Positions 50,967 through 64,000 are shown, counted from the stretch's first letter. The stretch: 64,000 nucleotides of DNA from Haliotis cracherodii (GCF_022045235.1 NW_027266330.1:31558001-31622000), one strand, 5' to 3'. The notes: generated by a model not told the origin, from the sequence alone. Program-made: numbers and translations.

Positions 50967-51074
50967 AAAGTAACCACATCGGATTTTTAAGTAACACAAT
51001 GTACTGCACCGTTTGATCAATCCCGATTTAATCAATTAACAATGATTGATAATCCCTGGAGATAACAGGACTAG

Positions 51075-51313
51075 ATTGGTTGAACTCTTCTCAGACCTCT
51101 CCCTTTATACGGAAACTTGTTTTGACAAGAAGTTGATTGGTTTCTCAAGTGGACAGCGAGATTCCTTTCCGATCAAAGCCTAATGAAGTTGTAGTGTAGC
51201 TTTGATCTCGCCACTGGCTTCGAAAATGCTCTCCTTGATCTATAAATCTCTACTACTATGTTTATACTAAGGGTCAGTATAAATGTTTTGCACGGACTGA
51301 GGTCCTTCACTTC
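51075..51313 (+). promoter_or_regulatory. Predicted Pol II promoter of the array gene (repeated in every unit)
   Basis: Reverse CCAAT boxes at 51075 and 51136; inverted ATCAAAG/CTTTGAT pair at 51171-51207; TATAAA at 51278; Inr-like TCACTTC with its A 31 nt downstream (51309). Confidence 0.6.
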
Positions 51314-51430
51314 ATCTCAATCCGTGAGAACGAACACATCTACTTTCCAATTATCTAAATTTGGCGCTACTGAATTCCTGTAGTATTACATCCGACTGCA
51401 TTCTAGTGTTGTGTCCGAAGGCCCTAGAAA

Positions 51431-52053
51431 ATGAATCCAGTTCAAGTTGCCATCAAGCTGAGACGACTCCTTATTGCCCACGACAATGCAGTGAAAGAGA
51501 TTCTGACATTAGGTAAATATGAACTGTGTCTCTTTTTCAGTCCCCTGCAAACATGGCAATATTGGTATCACACTGAATTTTAGAATTGAACAAAATAAAA
51601 TGATATTGTTGTGAACACATTTACCGAGATTTCTAATTACCCGTTTTATTGTTTTCAGATACCCAAGTCTACCATCTGATGCGGAAGATGACAGCCAACT
51701 CCTCCAACAACTGCATAATCCGAGGTGAACAGCTGATCCAGAGACGATGGGTGCTGGAAGGTGTCAAGGAGATGTTTACCATCTACAGACAACTCAAGTG
51801 GCAAGAGGTGCAAGCCTGTGTAAACGCCATCACCAAAGATGCTTCTGGAGAGAGTGATTCGGAGGCGGACTGGAATGGAGATACCTCTTTCAATGACGAT
51901 GAAGCTTCCTTCACGGAACTCTTGTCCGACAGCTCATATAGTGAGGACGACGAAGACCAGGGAGACCTATACAGCAACGACAGCAGCTACGATATGACGA
52001 CTCTCAGTCGAGCTTTGTCTGTAGACGACAGTGCACTTCATAGAAACGCCTAA
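51431..52053 (+). CDS. Array gene copy 1, 158-aa uncharacterised protein (exons 51431-51512, 51659-52053)
   Basis: TTAG|GTAAAT...TTTTCAG|AT phase-1 intron joins MNPVQVAIKLRRLLIAHDNAVKEILTL to DTQVYHLMRK...; AATAAA ~150 nt after the stop. Confidence 0.8.
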
Positions 52054-53968
52054 GAAAAATCACAAGTCCCATCCACATCAACTAGTGCTGCATTTACCTT
52101 GTTATTCATTTTTTGTTATTGTACACAAATGTTGCCTGACAGTGTGCAAAGGGCATCCTATTATATTGTAAACCACATTTGTTTGTTGATGAATATGCTG
52201 AGGAAATAAATAATGAAGTCGATATTATAATCTTGATCATTTGCTGACACGCTCACGACATCTTGAAGACATCATTCGTATAGAAAGTTTGTGAGAGAGA
52301 GAGAGAAAAGGTTAATTTGAGATGGTATCTCACAATACCAAGCCTTCGATCATTTTACTTGGTTCTGAGTATGGCAATCATTCGCAGATATCGTCCTTAA
52401 TCTATTCTTTGAAATAGGAAAAGATACAGACTAATCAATTGAAATGAAACACATTAGGTATTGATGGAGAAGAAGAGATTCCAAGGTAATGGTTGCACCA
52501 TAACATTAAATACAGTTTGGAGCGTAGCAATTCGTTTGCCCGTATCCATGCCGATCCTATAGCAAAAGGATTTAGACAGACGAACCACAACCCCATATGA
52601 TATTCATCTGAGAGAGATATATGCCAGGTTGAATTTCATATTATCAGAGCATTTAATTGTTTCTCTTTCCTTTTGAAATGTACATGCCCAAGTGCTTAAG
52701 GAGAGAGTCATACATGTTAAAAAGTGTCAATGCATACAGCATGCAAAACAAAAGGAAATTGAAACATTGACATCAACACAGGCCAAATAACATTTTTGAT
52801 CCAAGTCAGCACTTGATGAATACTATTCCCCTGAAAGCACTAAAAAGTAAAGATCAGAATATCCTGACATGAAACAGTGGGCATCTTTCAAAAACAATGC
52901 TAACAACGTGCTTATGTTTATCTAGCAACATACTCCAATTTCCATCATGTGCTTTAACAGTATTCTGTATTCAAAGATATAAATCATGACACCGTACTTT
53001 GTAATTCTCCCCAAAACATGACAGTTATACACTGAAGATGATGTCTCTAGATCATTTAACATACATAAACTTTATTGTACATGCCTATTTATTTATTTAT
53101 ATAGTAACCTTTTAAGTACCCGACGTCCACCCAAAAGCTTCTAAGATGGTAAATATCCAGATACTTAAGCCAAATGAGCTGCTTCAATTATACCATGATG
53201 ATGGTATTCATCAAAAATAGTATTTGAAATGCTTCAAAACATACGTGCTGTATTTCGATCATGTAAGACGGGTTGGGAAAATGGTCAGATTAACATAGCA
53301 TTTACGACCTCAAACAGATGTGTACAATAAGTTCCAGATTTGACTGTACATGTCTTCAATTTGCCTTTGCCTACCTGATTAAGGATTTTTTAGGATTGTG
53401 GACATGGTTTTCTCGGGTTTTTTAATTGAAACTAAACGTTCAGAGAAGCATCAGACGATTTCCAAGCTGATAGAAGTTTCTGTGACTTGGTTTCTGTGGA
53501 AGCGAAAGTAACCACATCGGATTTTTAAGTAACACAATGTACTGCACCGTTTGATCAATCCCGATTTAATCAATTAACAATGATTGATAATCCCTGGAGA
53601 TAACAGGACTAGATTGGTTGAACTCTTCTCAGACCTCTCCCTTTATACGGAAACTTGTTTTGACAAGAAGTTGATTGGTTTCTCAAGTGGACAGTGAGAT
53701 TCCTTTCGGATCAAAGCCGAATGAAGTTGTAGTGTAGCTTTGATCTCGCCACTGGCTTCGAAAATGCTCTCTTTGATCTATAAATCTCTACTACTATGTT
53801 TATACTAAGGGTCAGTATAAATGTTTTGCAAGGACTGGAGTCCTTCACTGCATCTCAATCCGTGAGAACGAACACATCTACTTTCCAATTATCTAAATTT
53901 GGCGCTACTGAATTCCTGTAGTATTACATCCGACTGCATTCTAGTGTTGTGTCCGAAGGCCCTAGAAC

Positions 53969-54590
53969 ATGGATCCAGTTCAAGTTGCCATCAAGCTGAG
54001 ACGACTCCTTATTGCCCACGACAATGCAGTGAAAGAGATCCTGACATTAGGTAAATATGAACTGTGCTCTTTTTCAGTCCCCTGCAAACATGGCAATATC
54101 GGTATCACACTGAATTTTAGAATTGAACAAAATAAAATGATATTGTTGTGAACACATTTACCGAGATTTCTAATTACCCGTTTTATTGTTTTCAGATACC
54201 CAAGTCTACCATCTGATGCGGAAGATGACAGCCAACTCCTCCAACAACTGCATAATCCGAGGTGAACAGCTGATCCAGAGACGATGGGTGCTGGAAGGTG
54301 TCAAGGAGATGTTTACCATCTACAGACAACTCAAGTGGCAAGAGGTGCAAGCCTGTGTAAACGCCATCACCAAAGATGCTTCTGGAGAGAGTGATTCGGA
54401 GGCGGACTGGAATGGAGATACCTCTTTCAATGACGATGAAGCTTCCTTCACGGAACTCTTGTCCGACAGCTCATATAGTGAGGACGACGAAGACCAGGGA
54501 GACCTATACAGCAACGACAGCAGCTACGATATGACGACTCTCAGTCGAGCTTTGTCTGTAGACGACAGTGCACTTCATAGAAACGCCTAA
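53969..54590 (+). CDS. Array gene copy 2 (exons 53969-54050, 54196-54590)
   Basis: As copy 1, with D at residue 2. Confidence 0.8.
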
Positions 54591-56492
54591 GAGAAATCAC
54601 AAGTCCCATCCACATCAACTAGTGCTGCATTTACCTTGTTATTCATTTTTTGTTATTGTACACAAATGTTGCCTGACAGTGTACAAAGGGCATCCTATTA
54701 TATTGTAAACCACATTTGTTTGTTGATGAATATGCTGAGGAAATAAATAATGAAGTCGATATTATAATCTTGATCATTTGCTGACACGCTCACGACATCT
54801 TGAAGACATCATTCGTATAGAAAGTTTGTGAGAGAGAGAGAGAAAAGGTTAATTTGAGATGGTATCTCACAATACCAAGCCTTCGATCATTTTACTTGGT
54901 TCTGAGTATGGCAATCATTCGAAGATATCGTCCTTAATCTATTCTTTGAAATAGGAAAAGATACAGACTAATCAATTGAAATGAAACACGTTAGGTATTG
55001 ATGGAGAAGAGATTCCAATGTAATGGTTGCACCATAACATTAAATACAGTTTGGAGCGTAGCAATTCGTTTGCCTGTATCCATGCCGATCCTATAGCAAA
55101 AGGATTTAGACAGACGAACCACAACCCCATATGATATTCATCTGAGAGAGATATATGCCAGGTTGAATTTCATATTATCAGAGCATTTAATTGTTTCTCT
55201 TTCCTTTTGAAATGTACATGCCCAAGTGCTTAAGGAGAGAGTCATACATGTTAAAAAGTGTCAATGCATACAGCATGCAAAACAAAAGGAAATTGAAACA
55301 TTGACATCAACACAGGCCAAATAACATTTTTGATCCAAGTCAGCACTTGATGAATACTATTCCCCTGAAAGCACTAAAAAGTAAAGATCAGAATATCCTG
55401 ACATGAAACAGTGGGCATCTTTCAAAAACAATGCTAACAACGTGCTTATGTTTATCTAGCAACATACTCCAATTTCCATCATGTGCTTTAACAGTATTCT
55501 GTATTCAAAGATATAAATCATGACACCGTACTTTGTAATTCTCCCCAAAACATGACAGTTATACACTGAAGATGATGTCTCTAGATCATTTAACATACAT
55601 AAACTTTATTGTACATGCCTATTTATTTATTTATATAGTAACCTTTTAAGTACCCGACGTCCACCCAAAAGCTTCTAAGATGGTAAATATCCAGATACTT
55701 AAGCCAAATGAGCTGCTTCAATTATACCATGATGATGGTATTCATCAAAAATAGTATTTGAAATGCTTCAAAACATACGTGCTGTATTTCGATCATGTAA
55801 GACTGGTTGGGAAAATGGTCAGATTAACATAGCATTTACGACCTCCAACAGATGTGTACAATAAGTTCCAGATTTGACTGTACATGTATTCACTTTGCCT
55901 TTGTCTACCTGATTAAGGATTTTTTAGGATTGTGGACATGGTTTTTTAATTGAAACTAAACGTTCAGAGAAGCATCAGACGATTTCCAAGCTGATAGAAG
56001 TTTCTGTGACTTGGTTTCTGTGGAAGCGAAAGTAACCACATCGGATTTTTAAGTAACACAATGTACTGCACCGTTTGATCAATCCCGATTTAATCAATTA
56101 ACAATGATTGATAATCCCTGGAGATAACAGGACTAGATTGGTTGAACTCTTCTCAGACCTCTCCCTTTATACGGAAACTTGTTTTGACAAGAAGTTGATT
56201 GGTTTCTCAAGTGGACAGTGAGATTCCTTTCGGATCAAAGCCGAATGAAGTTGTAGTGTAGCTTTGATCTCGCCACTGGCTTCGAAAATGCTCTCTTTGA
56301 TCTATAAATCTCTACTACTATGTTTATACTAAGGGTCAGTATAAATGTTTTGCACGGACTGGAGTCCTTCACTGCATCTCAATCCGTGAGAACGAACACA
56401 TCTACTTTCCAATTATCTAAATTTGGCGCTACTGAATTCCTGTAGTATTACATCCGACTGCATTCTAGTGTTGTGTCCGAAGGCCCTAGAAC

Positions 56493-57114
56493 ATGGATCC
56501 AGTTCAAGTTGCCATCAAGCTGAGACGACTCCTTATTGCCCACGACAATGCAGTGAAAGAGATCCTGACATTAGGTAAATATGAACTGTGCTCTTTTTCA
56601 GTCCCCTGCAAACATTGCAATATTGGTATCACACTGAATTTTAGAATTGAACAAAATAAAATGATATTGTTGTGAACACATTTACCGAGATTTCTAATTA
56701 CCCGTTTTATTGTTTTCAGATACCCAAGTCTACCATCTGATGCGGAAGATGACAGCCAACTCCTCCAACAACTGCATAATCCGAGGTGAACAGCTGATCC
56801 AGAGACGATGGGTGCTGGAAGGTGTCAAGGAGATGTTTACCATCTACAGACAACTCAAGTGGCAAGAGGTGCAAGCCTGTGTAAACGCCATCACCAAAGA
56901 TGCTTCTGGAGAGAGTGATTCGGAGGCGGACTGGAATGGAGATACCTCTTTCAATGACGATGAAGCTTCCTTCACGGAACTCTTGTCCGACAGCTCATAT
57001 AGTGAGGACGACGAAGACCAGGGAGACCTATACAGCAACGACAGCAGCTACGATATGACGACTCTCAGTCGAGCTTTGTCTGTAGACGACAGTGCACTTC
57101 ATAGAAACGCCTAA
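56493..57114 (+). CDS. Array gene copy 3 (exons 56493-56574, 56720-57114)
   Basis: As copy 2. Confidence 0.8.
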
Positions 57115-59019
57115 GAGAAATCACAAGTCCCATCCACATCAACTAGTGCTGCATTTACCTTGTTATTCATTTTTTGTAATTGTACACAAATGTTGCCTGA
57201 CAGTGTGCAAAGGGCATCCTCTTATATTGTAAACCACATTTGTTTGTTGATGAATATGCTGAGGAAATAAATAATGAAGTCGATATTATAATCTTGATCA
57301 GTTGCTGACACGCTCACGACATGTTGAAGACATCATTCGTATAGAAAGTTTGTGAGAGAGAGAGAGAAAAGGTTAATTTGAGATGGTATCTCACAATACC
57401 AAGCCTTCGATCATTTTACTTGGTTCTGAGTATGGCAATCATTCGAAGATATCGTCCTTAATCTATTCTTTGAAATAGGAAAAGATACAGACTAATCAAT
57501 TGAAATGAAACACATTAGGTATTGATGGAGAAGAAGAGATTCCAAGGTAATGGTTGCACCATAACATTAAATACAGTTTGGAGCGTAGCAATTCGTTTGC
57601 CCGTATCCATGCCGATCCTATAGCAAAAGGATTTAGACAGACGAACCACAACTCCATATGATATTCATCTGAGAGAGATATATGCCAGGTTGAATTTCAT
57701 ATTATCAGAGCATTTAATTGTTTCTCTTTCCTTTTGAAATGTACATGCCCAAGTGCTTAAGGAGAGAGTCATACATGTTAAAAAGTGTCAATGCATACAG
57801 CATGCAAAACAAAAGGAAATTGAAACATTGACATCAACACAGGCCAAATAACATGTTTGATCCAAGTCAGCACTTGATGAATACTATTCCCCTGAAAGCA
57901 CTAAAAAGTAAAGATCAGAATATCCTGACATGAAACAGTGGGCATCTTTCAAAAACAATGCTAACAACGTGCTTATGTATATCTAGCAACATACTCCAAT
58001 TTCCATCATGTGCTTTAACAGCATTCTGTATTCAAAGATATAAATCATGACACCGTACTTTGTAATTCTCCCCAAAACATGACAGTTATACACTGAAGAT
58101 GATGTCTCTAGATCATTTAACATACATAAACTTTATTGTACATGCCTATTTATTTATTTATATAGTAACCTTTTAAGTACCCGACGTCCACCCAAAAGCT
58201 TCTAAGATGGTAAATATCCAGATACTTAAGCCAAATGAGCTGCTTCAATTATACCATGATGATGGTATTCATCAAAAATAGTATTTGAAATGCTTCAAAA
58301 CATACGTGCTGTATTTCGATCATGTAAGACTGGTTGGGAAAATGGTCAGATTAACATAGCATTTACGACCTCCAACAGATGTGTACAATAAGTTCCAGAT
58401 TTGACTGTACATGTATTCACTTTGCCTTTGTCTACCTGATTAAGGATTTTTTAGGATTGTGGACATGGTTTTTTAATTGAAACTAAACGTTCAGAGAAGC
58501 ATCAGACGATTTCCAAGCTGATAGAAGTTTCTGTGACTTGGTTTCTGTGGAAGCGAAAGTAACCACATCGGATTTTTAAGTAACACAATGTACTGCACCG
58601 TTTGATCAATCCCGATTTAATCAATTAACAATGATTGATAATCCCTGGAGATAACAGGACTAGATTGGTTGAACTCTTCTCAGACCTCTCCCTTTATACG
58701 GAAACTTGTTTTGACAAGAAGTTGATTGGTTTCTCAAGTGGACAGTGAGATTCCTTTCGGATCAAAGCCGAATGAAGTTGTAGTGTAGCTTTGATCTCGC
58801 CACTGGCTTCGAAAATGCTCTCTTTGATCTATAAATCTCTACTACTATGTTTATACTAAGGGTCAGTATAAATGTTTTGCACGGACTGGAGTCCTTCACT
58901 GCATCTCAATCCGTGAGAACGAACACATCTACTTTCCAATTATCTAAATTTGGCGCTACTGAATTCCTGTAGTATTACATCCGACTGCATTCTAGTGTTG
59001 TGTCCGAAGGCCCTAGAAC

Positions 59020-59641
59020 ATGGATCCAGTTCAAGTTGCCATCAAGCTGAGACGACTCCTTATTGCCCACGACAATGCAGTGAAAGAGATCCTGACATTA
59101 GGTAAATATGAACTGTGCTCTTTTTCAGTCCCCTGCAAACATTGCAATATTGGTATCACACTGAATTTTAGAATTGAACAAAATAAAATGATATTGTTGT
59201 GAACACATTTACCGAGATTTCTAATTACCCGTTTTATTGTTTTCAGATACCCAAGTCTACCATCTGATGCGGAAGATGACAGCCAACTCCTCCAACAACT
59301 GCATAATCCGAGGTGAACAGCTGATCCAGAGACGATGGGTGCTGGAAGGTGTCAAGGAGATGTTTACCATCTACAGACAACTCAAGTGGCAAGAGGTGCA
59401 AGCCTGTGTAAACGCCATCACCAAAGATGCTTCTGGAGAGAGTGATTCGGAGGCGGACTGGAATGGAGATACCTCTTTCAATGACGATGAAGCTTCCTTC
59501 ACGGAACTCTTGTCCGACAGCTCATATAGTGAGGACGACGAAGACCAGGGAGACCTATACAGCAACGACAGCAGCTACGATATGACGACTCTCAGTCGAG
59601 CTTTGTCTGTAGACGACAGTGCACTTCATAGAAACGCCTAA
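59020..59641 (+). CDS. Array gene copy 4 (exons 59020-59101, 59247-59641)
   Basis: As copy 2. Confidence 0.8.
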
Positions 59642-61548
59642 GAGAAATCACAAGTCCCATCCACATCAACTAGTGCTGCATTTACCTTGTTATTCATTTT
59701 TTGTAATTGTACACAAATGTTGCCTGACAGTGTGCAAAGGGCATCCTCTTATATTGTAAACCACATTTGTTTGTTGATGAATATGCTGAGGAAATAAATA
59801 ATGAAGTCGATATTATAATCTTGATCAGTTGCTGACACGCTCACGACATGTTGAAGACATCATTCGTATAGAAAGTTTGTGAGAGAGAGAGAGAAAAGGT
59901 TAATTTGAGATGGTATCTCACAATACCAAGCCTTCGATCATTTTACTTGGTTCTGAGTATGGCAATCATTCGAAGATATCGTCCTTAATCTATTCTTTGA
60001 AATAGGAAAAGATACAGACTAATCAATTGAAATGAAACACATTAGGTATTGATGGAGAAGAAGAGATTCCAAGGTAATGGTTGCACCATAACATTAAATA
60101 CAGTTTGGAGCGTAGCAATTCGTTTGCCCGTATCCATGCCGATCCTATAGCAAAAGGATTTAGACAGACGAACCACAACTCCATATGATATTCATCTGAG
60201 AGAGATATATGCCAGGTTGAATTTCATATTATCAGAGCATTTAATTGTTTCTCTTTCCTTTTGAAATGTACATGCCCAAGTGCTTAAGGAGAGAGTCATA
60301 CATGTTAAAAAGTGTCAATGCATACAGCATGCAAAACAAAAGGAAATTGAAACATTGACATCAACACAGGCCAAATAACATTTTTGATCCAAGTCAGCAC
60401 TTGATGAATACTATTCCCCTGAAAGCACTAAAAAGTAAAGATCAGAATATCCTGACATGAAACAGTGGGCATCTTTCAAAAACAATGCTAACAACGTGCT
60501 TATGTATATCTAGCAACATACTCCAATTTCCATCATGTGCTTTAACAGCATTCTGTATTCAAAGATATAAATCATGACACCGTACTTTGTAATTCTCCCC
60601 AAAACATGACAGTTATACACTGAAGATGATGTCTCTAGATCATTTAACATACATAAACTTTATTGTACATGCCTATTTATTTATTTATATAGTAACCTTT
60701 TAAGTACCCGACGTCCACCCAAAAGCTTCTAAGATGGTAAATATCCAGATACTTAAGCCAAATGAGCTGCTTCAATTATACCATGATGATGGTATTCATC
60801 AAAAATAGTATTTGAAATGCTTCAAAACATACGTGCTGTATTTCGATCATGTAAGACTGGTTGGGAAAATGGTCAGATTAACATAGCATTTACGACCTCC
60901 AACAGATGTGTACAATAAGTTCCAGATTTGACTGTACATGTATTCACTTTGCCTTTGTCTACCTGATTAAGGATTTTTTTTAGGATTGTGGACATGGTTT
61001 TTTAATTGAAACTAAACGTTCAGAGAAGCATCAGACGATTTCCAAGCTGATAGAAGTTTCTGTGACTTGGTTTCTGTGGAAGCGAAAGTAACCACATCGG
61101 ATTTTTAAGTAACACAATGTACTGCACCGTTTGATCAATCCCGATTTAATCAATTAACAATGATTGATAATCCCTGGAGATAACAGGACTAGATTGGTTG
61201 AACTCTTCTCAGACCTCTCCCTTTATACGGAAACTTGTTTTGACAAGAAGTTGATTGGTTTCTCAAGTGGACAGTGAGATTCCTTTCGGATCAAAGCCGA
61301 ATGAAGTTGTAGTGTAGCTTTGATCTCGCCACTGGCTTCGAAAATGCTCTCTTTGATCTATAAATCTCTACTACTATGTTTATACTAAGGGTCAGTATAA
61401 ATGTTTTGCACGGACTGGAGTCCTTCACTGCATCTCAATCCGTGAGAACGAACACATCTACTTTCCAATTATCTAAATTTGGCGCTACTGAATTCCTGTA
61501 GTATTACATCCGACTGCATTCTAGTGTTGTGTCCGAAGGCCCTAGAAC

Positions 61549-62170
61549 ATGGATCCAGTTCAAGTTGCCATCAAGCTGAGACGACTCCTTATTGCCCACG
61601 ACAATGCAGTGAAAGAGATCCTGACATTAGGTAAATATGAACTGTGCTCTTTTTCAGTCCCCTGCAAACATTGCAATATTGGTATCACACTGAATTTTAG
61701 AATTGAACAAAATAAAATGATATTGTTGTGAACACATTTACCGAGATTTCTAATTACCCGTTTTATTGTTTTCAGATACCCAAGTCTACCATCTGATGCG
61801 GAAGATGACAGCCAACTCCTCCAACAACTGCATAATCCGAGGTGAACAGCTGATCCAGAGACGATGGGTGCTGGAAGGTGTCAAGGAGATGTTTACCATC
61901 TACAGACAACTCAAGTGGCAAGAGGTGCAAGCCTGTGTAAACGCCATCACCAAAGATGCTTCTGGAGAGAGTGATTCGGAGGCGGACTGGAATGGAGATA
62001 CCTCTTTCAATGACGATGAAGCTTCCTTCACGGAACTCTTGTCCGACAGCTCATATAGTGAGGACGACGAAGACCAGGGAGACCTATACAGCAACGACAG
62101 CAGCTACGATATGACGACTCTCAGTCGAGCTTTGTCTGTAGACGACAGTGCACTTCATAGAAACGCCTAA
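61549..62170 (+). CDS. Array gene copy 5 (exons 61549-61630, 61776-62170)
   Basis: As copy 2. Confidence 0.8.
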
Positions 62171-64000
62171 GAGAAATCACAAGTCCCATCCACATCAACT
62201 AGTGCTGCATTTACCTTGTTATTCATTTTTTGTAATTGTACACAAATGTTGCCTGACAGTGTGCAAAGGGCATCCTCTTATATTGTAAACCACATTTGTT
62301 TGTTGATGAATATGCTGAGGAAATAAATAATGAAGTCGATATTATAATCTTGATCAGTTGCTGACACGCTCACGACATCTTGAAGACATCATTCGTATAG
62401 AAAGTTTGTGAGAGAGAGAGAGAAAAGGTTAATTTGAGATGGTATCTCACAATACCAAGCCTTCGATCATTTTACTTGGTTCTGAGTATGGCAATCATTC
62501 GAAGATATCGTCCTTAATCTATTCTTTGAAATAGGAAAAGATACAGACTAATCAATTGAAATGAAACACATTAGGTATTGATGGAGAAGAAGAGATTCCA
62601 AGGTAATGGTTGCACCATAACATTAAATACAGTTTGGAGCGTAGCAATTCGTTTGCCCGTATCCATGCCGATCCTATAGCAAAAGGATTTAGACAGACGA
62701 ACCACAACCCCATATGATATTCATCTGAGAGAGATATATGCCAGGTTGAATTTCATATTATCAGAGCATTTAATTGTTTCTCTTTCCTTTTGAAATGTAC
62801 ATGCCCAAGTGCTTAAGGAGAGAGTCATACATGTTAAAAAGTGTCAATGCATACAGCATGCAAAACAAAAGGAAATTGAAACATTGATATCAACACAGGC
62901 CAAATAACATGTTTGATCCAAGTCAGCACTTGATGAATACTATTCCCCTGAAAGCACTAAAAAGTAAAGATCAGAATATCCTGACATGAAACAGTGGGCA
63001 TCTTTCAAAAACAATGCTAACAACGTGCTTATGTATATCTAGCAACATACTCCAATTTCCATCATGTGCTTTAACAGCATTCTGTATTCAAAGATATAAA
63101 TCATGACACCGTACTTTGTAATTCTCCCCAAAACATGACAGTTATACACTGAAGATGATGTCTCTAGATCATTTAACATACATAAACTTTATTGTACATG
63201 CCTATTTATTTATTTATATAGTAACCTTTTAAGTACCCGACGTCCACCCAAAAGCTTCTAAGATGGTAAATATCCAGATACTTAAGCCAAATGAGCTGCT
63301 TCAATTATACCATGATGATGGTATTCATCAAAAATAGTATTTGAAATGCTTCAAAACATACGTGCTGTATTTCGATCATGTAAGACTGGTTGGGAAAATG
63401 GTCAGATTAACATAGCATTTACGACCTCCAACAGATGTGTACAATAAGTTCCAGATTTGACTGTACATGTATTCACTTTGCCTTTGTCTACCTGATTAAG
63501 GATTTTTTTTAGGAATGTGGACATGGTTTTCTCGGGTTTTTTAATTGAAACTAAACGTTCAGAGAAGCATCAGACGATTTCCAAGCTGATAGAAGTTTCT
63601 GTGACTTGGTTTCTGTGGAAGCGAAAGTAACCACATCGGATTTTTAAGTAACACAATGTACTGCACCGTTTGATCAATCCCGATTTAATCAATTAACAAT
63701 GATTGATAATCCCTGGAGATAACAGGACTAGATTGGTTGAACTCTTCTCAGACCTCTCCCTTTATACGGAAACTTGTTTTGACAAGAAGTTGATTGGTTT
63801 CTCAAGTGGACAGTGAGATTCCTTTCGGATCAAAGCCGAATGAAGTTGTAGTGTAGCTTTGATCTCGCCACTGGCTTCGAAAATGCTCTCTTTGATCTAT
63901 AAATCTCTACTACTATGTTTATACTAAGGGTCAGTATAAATGTTTTGCACGGACTGGAGTCCTTCACATCACATGCCTCCCCCATGGAAACTCAACCAGC

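Larger units (their letters stand above)
50967..63967 (+). repeat. Tandem array of ~2.53-kb gene-containing units (5 complete genes plus the promoter of a sixth)
   Basis: ATGs at 51431, 53969, 56493, 59020 and 61549 (periods 2538, 2524, 2527, 2529); units nearly identical. Confidence 0.97.

Noticed and set aside
53969-54151. 60-aa ORF and the TTG-started 134-aa ORF as two separate genes per unit
   Set aside because: Better explained as exon 1 read into the intron and exon 2 of a single spliced gene.

Overview
Repeat-rich, AT-rich invertebrate genomic DNA with two assembly gaps (17947-18105, 44631-44768). The SINE complement and gene content point to a gastropod mollusc, probably abalone (Haliotis); this is an inference. 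Reading splice sites by hand gives four kinds of protein-coding gene, three of them not resolved by the ORF track. (1) An intronless claudin/PMP22-like tetraspan gene (10783-11670, -). (2) A three-coding-exon secreted PAN/apple-EGF-fibrinogen-domain gene (36735-27776, -) whose exon-2 splice acceptor has been amplified about 18 times as a 53-bp minisatellite. (3) A four-exon, leaderless protein of at least 156 aa (41700-44630, +) that resembles the IL-1/IL-18 beta-trefoil cytokines in motif and intron position; this is the top finding. (4) A near-identical ~2.53-kb tandem array of a two-exon 158-aa orphan gene (five complete copies, 50967-63967). Two independent breakpoints in this array fall on the predicted transcription start site, and one of them is the 3' end of an RNase H-bearing LINE. 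The rest is four or five SINE families sharing a 3' stem-loop, three Tc1/mariner relics, an R4/Dong-like fragment at (AAT)n, MITEs and several mini/satellites.
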